A stretch of 64,000 nucleotides of DNA from an uncultured Lachnospiraceae bacterium (GCA_944381575.1 CALWLS010000003.1:128760-192759); one strand, 5' to 3'; numbered from the stretch's first letter, positions 1 through 9,247 are shown. Translations and numbers: made by a program. The notes: generated from the letters alone by a model not told the origin.

Positions 1-1
1 T

Positions 2-157
2 TCGCGAGAGCTATCGACTATAATAACTACAAATATGTCAATGAGCCAGCTTAAGTCGCAGTATGGCGAGAGGGTCAGCTCACGATTCATCGGCGAGTAT
101 ATGCTGATCCCGTTTTACGGCAGGGATCTGAGAACGGTAATAAGTAAAGAGGTATAA
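2..157 (+). CDS. 3' end of an upstream CDS (partial); the C-terminal tail resembles DnaC/DnaI-type AAA+ helicase-loader proteins
   Basis: Frame 2 is open from the window edge to TAA at 155-157. It translates to ...SQLKSQYGERVSSRFIGEYMLIPFYGRDLRTVISKEV, like the SR(L/F)...F.G.D.R tail of DnaC-like loaders. Confidence 0.35.
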   Translation, partial: SRELSTIITTNMSMSQLKSQYGERVSSRFIGEYMLIPFYGRDLRTVISKEV

Positions 158-158
158 G

Positions 159-1382
159 ATGGGCGAAGAGAAAGAGATTTTTTCAAAATCAAGTGATTAT
201 GAGGTGGAGACGATACCGGTAGGGCCTATAGGCCTCATACCGATGAGAGGTACCGAAGCTATGGCCCAGGTTATAGATTCTTTCCTTGTGGGCTGGAGGA
301 ACGAGCGCCTCAATGATGAAAAAAACATGATAGCCTTCGCGGGGTACAATAAGGACAGCTACATACTTGATTATGACGTTCCAAGATTCGGATCCGGCGA
401 GGGTAAGGGAGTGCTGAAGAGCACGGCAAGAGGACATGACCTGTATTTTCTTGTGGATGTTACCAACCACTCCATCAGCTATTCCATGGGAGGGATGCAG
501 AACCATTACTCTCCGGACGATCATTATCAGGATCTCAAGAGGATCATTGCGGCTGCGGCAGGCCAGGCCAAGCGTATGACGGTCATAATGCCGTTCTTAT
601 ACGAAGGCAGAGTGCACAACCGCAAAAACAGGGAGTCTCTGGACTGCGCCCAGATGCTCAAGGAACTGGTATCCATGGGAGTGGATAATGTCATAACCTT
701 TGATGCGAATGATCCAAGGGTGGTGAACGCCATACCTCTTGGAAGCTTTGACACCATTTCGCCTTCCTATCAGTATATTAAGGCCCTCTGCAATAAGTAT
801 GATGATATCATCATAGACAGCGGCCATTTAATGACCATAAGCCCGGATGAGGCGGGCATGAGCAGGGCCATATATCTTGCCAACGTGCTTGGTGTGGATA
901 TGGGAATGTTTTACGAGAGGAAGGATTATTCGAGGATAGTGGACGGAAGGAATCCGGTAGTTGCTCATGAGTATCTCGGAGCACCGGTAGACGGCAAGGA
1001 TGTGATAATCGTAGACGACATGATCTCCTCGGGAGACAGCATTCTTGATGTTGCCAGACACTTAAAGCAGCGCAATGCCAAGAGAGTATTCTGCTGTGTA
1101 AGCTACGGCCTGTTCACAAACGGCTTGAGCATGTTCGATGAGGCTTACGAGGACGGCATTTTCGACAGGGTATTTACCACAAACCTCATATATCAGTCTC
1201 CTGAACTTCTCTCAAGGAAATGGTATTCAAATGTCAACATGGGCAAATACGTGGCACTGCTTATAGACTACCTTAATCATGACGATTCCATAAGCGCGCT
1301 GCTGACGCCTACGGACAGGATCAACAGATTCCTTGCAAAATATAAGGAAAGACAGAAAAAGAAGGGGATCATTAAGGAGTGA
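159..1382 (+). CDS. prs: ribose-phosphate diphosphokinase (PRPP synthetase), long ~400-aa form
   Basis: 407-aa ORF. PRPP-binding loop VIIVDDMISSGDS and overall Prs-like layout (GHDLYFLVD, VIMPFLYEGR). Confidence 0.75.
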   Translation: MGEEKEIFSKSSDYEVETIPVGPIGLIPMRGTEAMAQVIDSFLVGWRNERLNDEKNMIAFAGYNKDSYILDYDVPRFGSGEGKGVLKSTARGHDLYFLVDVTNHSISYSMGGMQNHYSPDDHYQDLKRIIAAAAGQAKRMTVIMPFLYEGRVHNRKNRESLDCAQMLKELVSMGVDNVITFDANDPRVVNAIPLGSFDTISPSYQYIKALCNKYDDIIIDSGHLMTISPDEAGMSRAIYLANVLGVDMGMFYERKDYSRIVDGRNPVVAHEYLGAPVDGKDVIIVDDMISSGDSILDVARHLKQRNAKRVFCCVSYGLFTNGLSMFDEAYEDGIFDRVFTTNLIYQSPELLSRKWYSNVNMGKYVALLIDYLNHDDSISALLTPTDRINRFLAKYKERQKKKGIIKE

Positions 1383-2437
1383 TATCCTTTAATAAACGGG
1401 TTTCGTTATACAGTTTTATATTGACGGTGCTGGTCGTATGGATACATTCCGTGAGTCCTGCGGGACCGGCGCCTTTTCCGGGAAATGTCCTTCAGGACAT
1501 CCTGGGCCTTGGCCTCGGGCAGATCGCTGTCCCGGGGTTCTTTTGCCTGAGCGGATATCTTTTTTTCAGGAATTACGACATCAGGATCATAGGCTTGGAT
1601 CCGGCTGCGGCTGCGGGATTCTTTATCAGGAAATGGAAGAGCAGGTTTTTTTCCCTGCTGCTTCCGTTTTTGATATGGAATATTTTTTACTATATGGTAT
1701 ATATCCTGTGCGGAAAGGCTGAGTTAAGCCCTGCCGGGATTTTAGAAGCGGCCGTGGATAATGCTTATAATCCGGTGTTCTGGTATATAAAACAGCTTAT
1801 CATACTGACGCTGCTTACGCCCCTTACTGCCCTCATCATAACCATCAGGCCCGTAGGGGTCCTGTCGCTGGCAGCGGTATTTATGTCCGCCGTATTTTAT
1901 GATCTTCTGCCTTTTCATATAGTGAATGAAGACGCTTATTTCTATTATGCAGCAGGGGCATTCTCTGCTGTGCATTTTAAGGATATGATAGAGGACAGGG
2001 CTGAAGGCGGACAGAACTTAAGCCTTAAATGCCGCGCAGCGTTAACGGCCCTGCTTATGGCTGTCTTTCTGATCTCACAGTATCTGTATTTTGCAGTGCC
2101 CTTCGGATATCGCTTCGCCCTGTTCGGAGCGGTGCTTGGCAGGATATCCGGCGCGGCAGCCTGTTTTTTGATAACGGGCATGATAAAAGCCCGGGAGGGG
2201 AAAGACCGCCTCCCAGGCTTTATGTACTTTAATTTCTTTGTATATGCTGCCCATTACCTCGAGATAAGATTTTTCAGGCTGCTGTTCGTACTCCTTGGGG
2301 CAGGGCCGGTCATTACGGAGACTGCGGGCTTTATTCTAATGCCGGCACTGTGCATAGCCTCATCTTATGCGGTGGGATCGGTCATAAAGCGTCTGATGCC
2401 TGACCTGTACCGTATAGTTACCGGAGGCAGATCCTGA
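1379..2437 (+). CDS. acyltransferase family 3-like integral membrane protein
   Basis: 352 aa, about 10 hydrophobic segments, N-terminal ...VLVVWIHS typical of the family. GTG start overlaps the prs stop (GTGA). Confidence 0.55.
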   Translation: MISFNKRVSLYSFILTVLVVWIHSVSPAGPAPFPGNVLQDILGLGLGQIAVPGFFCLSGYLFFRNYDIRIIGLDPAAAAGFFIRKWKSRFFSLLLPFLIWNIFYYMVYILCGKAELSPAGILEAAVDNAYNPVFWYIKQLIILTLLTPLTALIITIRPVGVLSLAAVFMSAVFYDLLPFHIVNEDAYFYYAAGAFSAVHFKDMIEDRAEGGQNLSLKCRAALTALLMAVFLISQYLYFAVPFGYRFALFGAVLGRISGAAACFLITGMIKAREGKDRLPGFMYFNFFVYAAHYLEIRFFRLLFVLLGAGPVITETAGFILMPALCIASSYAVGSVIKRLMPDLYRIVTGGRS

Positions 2438-2454
2438 AAATACATTATTTAAGA

Positions 2455-2493
2455 TGGCTTCGGACGTTGGCTTCAGTTGCTGGCTTCGGGCGA
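2455..2493. repeat. 3 x 13-nt direct repeat (TGGCTTCNG core) in a convergent intergenic region
   Basis: tggcttcggacgt / tggcttcagttgc / tggcttcgggcga, starting at 2455, 2468 and 2481. Confidence 0.6.
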
Positions 2494-2498
2494 TTGAT

Positions 2499-3440
2499 TT
2501 AAATATTCCCGATAAAGCGTCCGGAGGCTCCCTCCGGCAGGATGAGCCCCCTCTGGCCGGCGCCGGCGCCGATGTCTACAGGAAGGCCTATCTCAGAGGC
2601 CTCGGCGTGTCCCTCAAAGCTGTCACCGAAAGCAAGCTTTAACATGTATGTGAGCACTCCGGGCTGCAGTCCCGTGGTATAGCTGTTTATTAGGACAAAC
2701 AGAGGATCGCTGCTTAAGAGGCCTGAACACAGCTTTAAGAAAGGAAAGATGCTGTCTTCGATCTTCCATATCTCTCCCTTCGGCCCGCGGCCGTAGGACG
2801 GAGGATCCATTATTATCACATCATATCGGTTTCCCCTTCTTAATTCCCTCATTACAAATTTTGTGCAGTCATCCACAAGCCACCGTACCGGTGCTTCTGA
2901 AAGGCCGGACAGCGCGGCGTTTTCCTTAGCCCAGGATACCATGCCCCTGGAGGCGTCCACATGTGTAACGCTGGCGCCGGCTGCCGCTGCTGCAAGAGTA
3001 GCGCCGCCGGTGTAGGCGAAAAGATTGAGGACCCTTACGGGGGAATTATTTCCCTCAGCTTTTAGGCGTTCAAGTCTTTTCCTGATCATTCCGTAGCTGA
3101 AATCCCAGTTTACCGCCTGCTCCGGAAATACTCCCGTATGCTTGAAGGCAAAGGGCTTAAGACGGAAACTGATCCTCCGTTTTTCGAAGGGAAGTCCGGT
3201 GCCGAGCTCATAGCCTATGTCCCAGGTATCCGGGAGATCGAAAAACTCCCATTCCCCGCCGCCCTTTGAGGAGCGGTGATATCTTGCGTTGGGATGCTTC
3301 CAGTAAGGATTGCTCCTTTCAGACTGCCAGATCACCTGAGGGTCGGGCCTTATCAGTTTATATCCGCCCCAGTCTTCCAGCTTTTCCCCGTCAGAGGTGT
3401 CGAGCACCCTGTAATCCTTCCAGTTTTCGGCAGTCCACAT
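2499..3440 (-). CDS. class I SAM-dependent methyltransferase (RlmI/PF10672-like, probable rRNA methyltransferase)
   Basis: 313 aa. SAM-binding LNLFAYTGGATLAAAAAGA..VTHVDAS and catalytic IIMDPPSYGRG motifs. Confidence 0.75.
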   Translation of the reverse strand: MWTAENWKDYRVLDTSDGEKLEDWGGYKLIRPDPQVIWQSERSNPYWKHPNARYHRSSKGGGEWEFFDLPDTWDIGYELGTGLPFEKRRISFRLKPFAFKHTGVFPEQAVNWDFSYGMIRKRLERLKAEGNNSPVRVLNLFAYTGGATLAAAAAGASVTHVDASRGMVSWAKENAALSGLSEAPVRWLVDDCTKFVMRELRRGNRYDVIIMDPPSYGRGPKGEIWKIEDSIFPFLKLCSGLLSSDPLFVLINSYTTGLQPGVLTYMLKLAFGDSFEGHAEASEIGLPVDIGAGAGQRGLILPEGASGRFIGNI

Positions 3441-3640
3441 ATATTGATCCTCCGTATAATTAAATATCAGATGTTAATTATGATAACATAAAATGGCTTA
3501 TGTTGCAGTTTACCTTATATTAATAAGATTTTTGTAATAGTTTGACTGAAATTATTTATTGAGAATACATCATATTGTTGTTATACTGCAAAATAAGGTA
3601 TAGAATGTCTATATACATACAATATATACGGGAGTGAGCG

Positions 3641-5002
3641 GTGATGAAGAGTATTATAAAGACGGCTGTTCTTGCGGCTGGATTTACGGCGGCTTTATCC
3701 ATGTCGGCATTTGCTGCCGGCTGGGCAGTGGAAAATAACACATGGGTCTACTACAATAACGACGGTTCCAAGGCAGCCAATGAGTGGAAGACCAGCGCCG
3801 ACGGCGGCTATTATTACCTTGACGGATGGGGCAATATGGTCACCAACAGCTTTATAGACGGAGAGCGCTATGTGGATTCCGACGGCAGGATGGTAACGTC
3901 AGGCTGGAGGCAGATAGACTCCAGATGGTATTATTTCGATTCCAACGGCAAGCTCGTCACCGATCAGTCCAAGCAGATAAACGGAGCTTATTATTTCTTT
4001 GGCGATGACGGAGAGATGCTCACCGGCTGGGTGATGGACGGAGACGGGGACTGGTATTACTGCGATCCGTCCGACGGACACATGTATGTCAATACATGGA
4101 AGAGACTTGAGGCTTCTCCTGAGATGGATGACGTTGATTCAAGCCGTGTAAACATTGAAGACGACGGCACCTACTGGTTCTACTTCAAGGCCAACGGCCG
4201 TGTGACGAGAGCGGACGGCTCCGAGGACTATGAGGAAGCTACCATAAACGGAAACAGATATGCCTTTGATCAGTGCGGCAGGATGGTGACGGGCTGGACA
4301 AAGCTTCAGGAGACCACGCCGGTGATCGCCGGATACAAGTATTATAATGACGATGAGTCTTTAGGAACCTACGGCGCAGCCCATACGGGATGGCTGTCAG
4401 CTTATCCGCCTGAGGATGAGGAGAGCCTTGGACAGGACGTGGTATGGTATTACTTTGACTACAGAGGAACTCCTTACTACGGAACGGATGTTTCCACCAG
4501 CGACAACGATGAGACTCTGGAGGCAAAGTTCAGAAGGATCACAAGGAACGGCAAGACCTATACCTATCTTTTCAACGAGCTTGGAAATCCTGTTTACGGG
4601 CTCAGGAAGGTAAGGAGATCCAACGGAGAGGTGACAAGCATGTACTTCGGAACAAGACAGGAGTGCTGCCTGCAGTACGGAGCGAAGACAGTCACGGAAG
4701 CCGATGGTACTGAATCAACATTCAGATTTGAGGACAGTGGATACGGAGCTACGGGAGTTAAGAATAACAAGCTATACTATATGGGTAAGCTTCAGAAGGC
4801 AATGGACGATTCCTACGCATACTACACCGTAGAGGGAGTGACTTATCTTGTCAGCAGATCCGGAAGCGTGGTCAAGAACCATAATTCCAAGAAGGATCCT
4901 GACGAGGTTGAGTTCAGATCCGATTCCCAGGGCAGAAGGGACGGAGGCTACGGAGAGGTTTCGGAGCTTGAGGAGCCGGTATTTGAGATCACTGAGATCT
5001 GA
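3641..5002 (+). CDS. secreted protein built from cell-wall-binding (choline-binding type, CW_binding_1) repeats
   Basis: Signal peptide MMKSIIKTAVLAAGFTAALSMSAFA, then many ~20-aa GW..(D/N)G.WYYF...G.M.TGW repeats. GGGAG SD upstream. An ATG at 3644 is an alternative start. Confidence 0.8.
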   Translation: MMKSIIKTAVLAAGFTAALSMSAFAAGWAVENNTWVYYNNDGSKAANEWKTSADGGYYYLDGWGNMVTNSFIDGERYVDSDGRMVTSGWRQIDSRWYYFDSNGKLVTDQSKQINGAYYFFGDDGEMLTGWVMDGDGDWYYCDPSDGHMYVNTWKRLEASPEMDDVDSSRVNIEDDGTYWFYFKANGRVTRADGSEDYEEATINGNRYAFDQCGRMVTGWTKLQETTPVIAGYKYYNDDESLGTYGAAHTGWLSAYPPEDEESLGQDVVWYYFDYRGTPYYGTDVSTSDNDETLEAKFRRITRNGKTYTYLFNELGNPVYGLRKVRRSNGEVTSMYFGTRQECCLQYGAKTVTEADGTESTFRFEDSGYGATGVKNNKLYYMGKLQKAMDDSYAYYTVEGVTYLVSRSGSVVKNHNSKKDPDEVEFRSDSQGRRDGGYGEVSELEEPVFEITEI

Positions 5003-5086
5003 TCCTGATCCTATGGATCTTTCCGTAATAAGGAAAACTGGATCATAATCTGTAAAAATACAAAAAAAATACAACAAACGGGTGAA

Positions 5087-5117
5087 AGCGCTTGCATATG
5101 CAGGCGCTTTTGTGTTA
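5087..5117 (+). terminator. intrinsic terminator after the cell-wall-binding-repeat gene
   Basis: AGCGCUUGCAUAUGCAGGCGCU forms a stem of about 9-10 bp (two G-U pairs), followed by tttgtgtt. Confidence 0.65.
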
Positions 5118-5374
5118 TCCTATTCGAGCTGTGGCATGATAGCGATGATCCGTGAGGTTGCTTCGGACTGCAAAATCATAAGCATTCGAGGGTTTTTACG
5201 GGTAGCGAATGTCAAGACAGATCGTTGGCGACAAGTCACTGTACCAGTTAATAGTTCCGGCCGGAAGCCGGATGCCGGGAGTGGGATGTTGAAAAATACG
5301 ACACACCCGACAGCGTGTACAGTCACCACTTGTCGTACTAAGTCAAAAAGTACGAATAGGAGGCGACTTTTTTT

Positions 5375-5818
5375 ATGGCAAACCAGATCATGAGGATCAC
5401 ACTCAAGGCGTACGATCACACACTTGTTGATCAGTCAGCTGCAAAGATCGTAGAGAGCTGCAGGAAGACGGGCTCAGAGGTCAACGGACCTGTACCTCTT
5501 CCTACAAAGAAGGAGGTAATCACCATCCTCCGCGCTGTTCATAAGTACAAGGACAGCCGTGAGCAGTTCGAGCAGAGAACACACAAGAGGCTTATCGATG
5601 TAGTTAATCCGGGACCTAAGACCATGGATACTCTCCAGAGGCTTGATATGCCGGCAGGAGTTTACATCGATGTACAGATGAAGACTGAGGGCGAGAAGAA
5701 GAGAGCGCCTAAGAAACAGCTCATCACAAAGCCGGCAGCAAGGAAGGCTCCGGCAAGAAAGCCTGCAGGAAGGAAGCCTGCACCTAAGAAAGCTCCGGTC
5801 GAGAAGACCGAGGAGTAA
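5375..5818 (+). CDS. rpsJ: 30S ribosomal protein S10 (NusE) with a ~45-aa Lys/Pro/Ala-rich C-terminal extension
   Basis: Residues 1-102 are collinear with B. subtilis S10 (RITLKAYDH...[21 protein letters not shown]). The ORF then continues with [12 protein letters not shown]...[29 protein letters not shown]. Confidence 0.95.
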   Translation: MANQIMRITLKAYDHTLVDQSAAKIVESCRKTGSEVNGPVPLPTKKEVITILRAVHKYKDSREQFEQRTHKRLIDVVNPGPKTMDTLQRLDMPAGVYIDVQMKTEGEKKRAPKKQLITKPAARKAPARKPAGRKPAPKKAPVEKTEE

Positions 5819-6034
5819 GGCCGGACATCTCCGGTCATATATAAAAGGAAGCACCTTTCATCCCTGAAAGGAAACGCCGCAAGGTATAGGCGCTTTCAAG
5901 AAGTCCCGCTTACGGGGAAACCATTGGATGACTTGCTTAAGCCTTAAGGCCGCGAACTGATAAAGGGATGCGCTGGTCTTTCATGAATGCCGCAACGTTC
6001 GGCGTTCCGCTGTAGATTATTTGAGGAGGAAAAA

Positions 6035-6670
6035 ATGAAAAAAGCAATTCTTGCTACTAAGGTAGGAATGACGCAGATCTTTGCCGAAACAGGCGAGCTC
6101 ATTCCTGTAACGGTACTGCTTGCAGGTCCGTGCGTGGTAACTCAGGTCAAGACTGAGGAGACAGACGGATACAACGCAGTGCAGGTTGGATTTTCAGACT
6201 GCAGGGAGAAGCTTGTCTCAAAGCCTGAGAAGGGTATTTTTGACAAGGCAGGAGTATCAGTAAAGAGATACTTAAGAGAGTTCAGATTTGACAATGCATC
6301 CGAGTACAACGTAAAGGATGAGATCAAGGCTGACATATTCGAGGTCGGTGACAAGGTGGACGCCACTGCCATCACAAAGGGTAAGGGCTTCCAGGGTGCA
6401 GTCAAGAGACTTGGACAGCACAGAGGACCTATGAAGCACGGTTCAAAGTTCCACAGACACCAGGGTTCAAACGGACCTGCAACAACTCCTGGACGCGTTG
6501 CAAAGGGTAAGGGAATGCCTGGACACATGGGTTCAGTACAGAGGACCATACAGAATCTTGAGATCATCAGAGTCGATGCGGAGAACAATCTTCTGCTGGT
6601 TAAGGGTTCCGTTCCGGGGCCAAAGAAGTCTCTTATAACCATCAAAGAGTCTGTAAAAGCATCTAAGTGA
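6035..6670 (+). CDS. rplC: 50S ribosomal protein L3
   Basis: [16 protein letters not shown]... preceded by GAGGAGGA SD. The track ORF start at 5987 is an in-frame upstream extension. Confidence 0.96.
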   Translation: MKKAILATKVGMTQIFAETGELIPVTVLLAGPCVVTQVKTEETDGYNAVQVGFSDCREKLVSKPEKGIFDKAGVSVKRYLREFRFDNASEYNVKDEIKADIFEVGDKVDATAITKGKGFQGAVKRLGQHRGPMKHGSKFHRHQGSNGPATTPGRVAKGKGMPGHMGSVQRTIQNLEIIRVDAENNLLLVKGSVPGPKKSLITIKESVKASK

Positions 6671-6698
6671 TTTGATGGAAGGAAAGGAGGACTAAGAA

Positions 6699-7319
6699 AT
6701 GGCAAATGTATCTGTATACAATATGCAGGGCAATGAGGTCGGAACCATTGAGCTTAACGATGCCGTTTTCGGAGTAGAGGTCAATGAAAACCTTGTACAC
6801 GAGGCAGTTGTGGCTCATCTTGCTAACAAGCGTCAGGGAACACAGAAGGCCAAGACAAGGTCAGAGGTATCAGGCGGCGGAAGGAAGCCTTGGAGACAGA
6901 AGGACACCGGACACGCAAGACAGGGATCGACAAGAGCACCTCAGTGGACAGGCGGCGGAGTTGTTTTCGCTCCGGTTCCAAGAGACTACTCACTGTCAAT
7001 GAACAAGAAGGCAAGGAGGGCAGCATTAAAGTCAGCTCTTACAAGCCGTGTTGAGGCAGGCAAGCTCATCGTCCTTGATGAACTTAAGCTTGACGCAATA
7101 AAGACAAAGGATTTTGCAAAGGTAATGGATAACTTAAAGGTTGAGAAGGCTCTCGTAGTGCTCGACTCACTTGACAGGAACGTTATCCTTTCGGCAAGAA
7201 ATATACCTACAGTCAAGACGACACAGGTAGGAACGCTTAACACATATGATGTTATGAAGTATTCAACCGTTGTCGTTACAAAGAAGGCAGTATCCGATAT
7301 CGAGGAGGTATATGCATAA
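6699..7319 (+). CDS. rplD: 50S ribosomal protein L4
   Basis: 206 aa, ...SGGGRKPWRQKDTGHARQGS... motif, position after rplC. Confidence 0.97.
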   Translation: MANVSVYNMQGNEVGTIELNDAVFGVEVNENLVHEAVVAHLANKRQGTQKAKTRSEVSGGGRKPWRQKDTGHARQGSTRAPQWTGGGVVFAPVPRDYSLSMNKKARRAALKSALTSRVEAGKLIVLDELKLDAIKTKDFAKVMDNLKVEKALVVLDSLDRNVILSARNIPTVKTTQVGTLNTYDVMKYSTVVVTKKAVSDIEEVYA

Positions 7320-7618
7320 TGGCAGCTTTAGAATACTATGATGTGATCCTGAAGCCGGTCGTTACCGAGGCTTCAATGAACGCTATGGCGGACAACAAGT
7401 ACACATTCCTCGTAGCTCCTGAGGCAACAAAGTCTCAGATAAAGGAGGCTGTCGAGAAGCTTTTCCCTGGAACAAAGGTTGAGTCAGTAAATACCATGAA
7501 CAGGGACGGAAAGCAGAAGAGAAGAGGCATGACCTTCGGAAAGACAAGCAAGACAAAGAAGGCCATAGTTACGCTCACGAAGGAATCAAAGCAGATAGAG
7601 ATCTATCAGGGACTTTGA
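7319..7618 (+). CDS. rplW: 50S ribosomal protein L23
   Basis: 99 aa, YDVILKPVVTE...KYTF.V motif. ATG overlaps the rplD stop by 1 nt. Confidence 0.96.
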   Translation: MAALEYYDVILKPVVTEASMNAMADNKYTFLVAPEATKSQIKEAVEKLFPGTKVESVNTMNRDGKQKRRGMTFGKTSKTKKAIVTLTKESKQIEIYQGL

Positions 7619-7671
7619 TAAATATGCAGACATTCACTGCGACAATAAATGAAAAGGAGAAAGATTAAGTC

Positions 7672-8517
7672 ATGGGTATAAAGACATATAAGCCTTATAC
7701 ACCTTCAAGAAGACAGATGTCCGGTTCTGATTTCTCAGAGATCACAAAGTTCGAGCCGGAAAAGTCACTTCTTGCCGGAAAGACAAAGACAGCCGGACGT
7801 AACAATCAGGGTAAGATAACCGTAAGACATCACGGCGGCGGAAACAGACAGAAGTACAGAATCATAGATTTCAAGAGAAATTCCAAGGACGGTATACCTG
7901 CAAAGGTAATCGGAATCGAGTATGATCCTAACAGGACGGCAAACATCGCCCTCATCTGCTATGAGGACGGCGAGAAGGCATACATCCTTGCCCCTGAGGG
8001 ACTTACGGATGGAATGACGGTTATGAGCGGTCCTCAGGCTGAGGCAAGGGTTGGAAACTGCCTTCCGTTAAGCGTTATCCCTGTTGGTTCTAACATACAT
8101 AACATTGAGCTCATCCCTGGAAGGGGCGGCCAGATGGTTCGTTCAGCAGGAAACTCTGCTCAGCTTATGGCTAAGGAGGGACGTTACGCTACACTGAGGC
8201 TTCCTTCAGGAGAGATGCGCATGGTTCCTATCGAGTGCCGTGCAACCATTGGAACGGTAGGAAACGGCGACCACAACCTTATCAACATCGGTAAGGCAGG
8301 ACGCAAGAGACACATGGGCATCAGACCTACGGTCCGCGGTTCAGTCATGAACCCTAACGACCATCCACACGGAGGCGGAGAGGGACGTGCTCCTATCGGA
8401 CGTCCGGGACCTTGCACACCATGGGGCAAGCCTGCACTTGGATTAAAGACCAGGAAGAGAAAGAAGTCTTCAAATAAGCTTATCGTAAGAAGACGTGATG
8501 GCAGAGCCATTAAATAA
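7672..8517 (+). CDS. rplB: 50S ribosomal protein L2
   Basis: 281 aa, [14 protein letters not shown]..., [23 protein letters not shown]. Confidence 0.98.
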   Translation: MGIKTYKPYTPSRRQMSGSDFSEITKFEPEKSLLAGKTKTAGRNNQGKITVRHHGGGNRQKYRIIDFKRNSKDGIPAKVIGIEYDPNRTANIALICYEDGEKAYILAPEGLTDGMTVMSGPQAEARVGNCLPLSVIPVGSNIHNIELIPGRGGQMVRSAGNSAQLMAKEGRYATLRLPSGEMRMVPIECRATIGTVGNGDHNLINIGKAGRKRHMGIRPTVRGSVMNPNDHPHGGGEGRAPIGRPGPCTPWGKPALGLKTRKRKKSSNKLIVRRRDGRAIK

Positions 8518-8535
8518 TAGAGGAGGATAAAGGAT

Positions 8536-8817
8536 ATGTCACATCGTTCATTGAAAAAGGGACCATTTGCCGACGCATCTCTTTTAAAGAAGGTTGATGC
8601 GATGAACGCTTCGGGACAGAAGTCAGTAATCAAGACATGGTCAAGACGTTCTACTATCTTCCCGCAGATGGTAGGCCTCACGATCGCCGTACATGACGGC
8701 AGAAAGCATGTTCCTGTATTTATCACTGAGGACATGGTAGGACACAAGTTAGGCGAGTTCGTTGCAACCAGGACCTTCAGGGGCCATGGCAAGGACGAAA
8801 AGAAGACAGGCAGATAA
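8536..8817 (+). CDS. rpsS: 30S ribosomal protein S19
   Basis: 93 aa, SLKKGPF..., [27 protein letters not shown]. Confidence 0.98.
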   Translation: MSHRSLKKGPFADASLLKKVDAMNASGQKSVIKTWSRRSTIFPQMVGLTIAVHDGRKHVPVFITEDMVGHKLGEFVATRTFRGHGKDEKKTGR

Positions 8818-8843
8818 GTTAAGCGTGAAAGGAGGATTCTAAA

Positions 8844-9233
8844 ATGGCAAAGGGACATAGATCACAGATAAAAAGAGAAAGAAATGCCGTTAAGGATTTG
8901 AGACCGCGCGCTAAGCTTTCTTATGCCAGAGTGCCGGTCCAGAAGGCATGCTTTGTACTGGACGCTATCAGAGGCAAGGATCTTGATACCGCTCTCGGTA
9001 TCCTGACATACAGCCCGAGATATGCTTCTTCCGTAATCAAGAAGCTGCTTGAATCAGCAGCAGCCAATGCTGAAAACAACAACAATATGGACAGGGCTTC
9101 CCTCTATGTGGCTGAGTGCTACGCAAGCGATGCACCTACCATGAAGAGGATACAGCCGAGAGCTCAGGGTAGAGCTTATCGTATCTTTAAGCGTACGAGC
9201 CATATTACAGTCGTATTGGACGAGAAGAAGTGA
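8844..9233 (+). CDS. rplV: 50S ribosomal protein L22
   Basis: 129 aa, ...RVPVQKACFVLDAIRGK..., ...RAQGRAYRI.KRTSHITVVL. Confidence 0.96.
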   Translation: MAKGHRSQIKRERNAVKDLRPRAKLSYARVPVQKACFVLDAIRGKDLDTALGILTYSPRYASSVIKKLLESAAANAENNNNMDRASLYVAECYASDAPTMKRIQPRAQGRAYRIFKRTSHITVVLDEKK

Positions 9234-9247
9234 TTTAGGAGGAAAGC

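Noticed and set aside
5082-5419. 103-aa (+) and 99-aa (-) ORFs in the region upstream of rpsJ
   Set aside because: They have no SD and no family resemblance. They overlap the upstream terminator and the rpsJ start. The region is better explained as an untranslated leader.
5987-6034. N-terminal extension of rplC in the ORF track, and similar extensions of rpmC, rplN, rplX, rplF, rpsE, rpmD, hslO and the SIMPL gene
   Set aside because: In each case an internal ATG with a strong SD matches the conserved protein N-terminus. The longer ORFs run into the preceding gene or spacer.
8184-8858. 224-aa ORF on the minus strand opposite rplB/rpsS
   Set aside because: It lies fully antisense to two highly conserved r-protein genes. 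Its composition is low-complexity (Pro/Ser/Leu-rich) and it has no start context. This is a typical shadow ORF.
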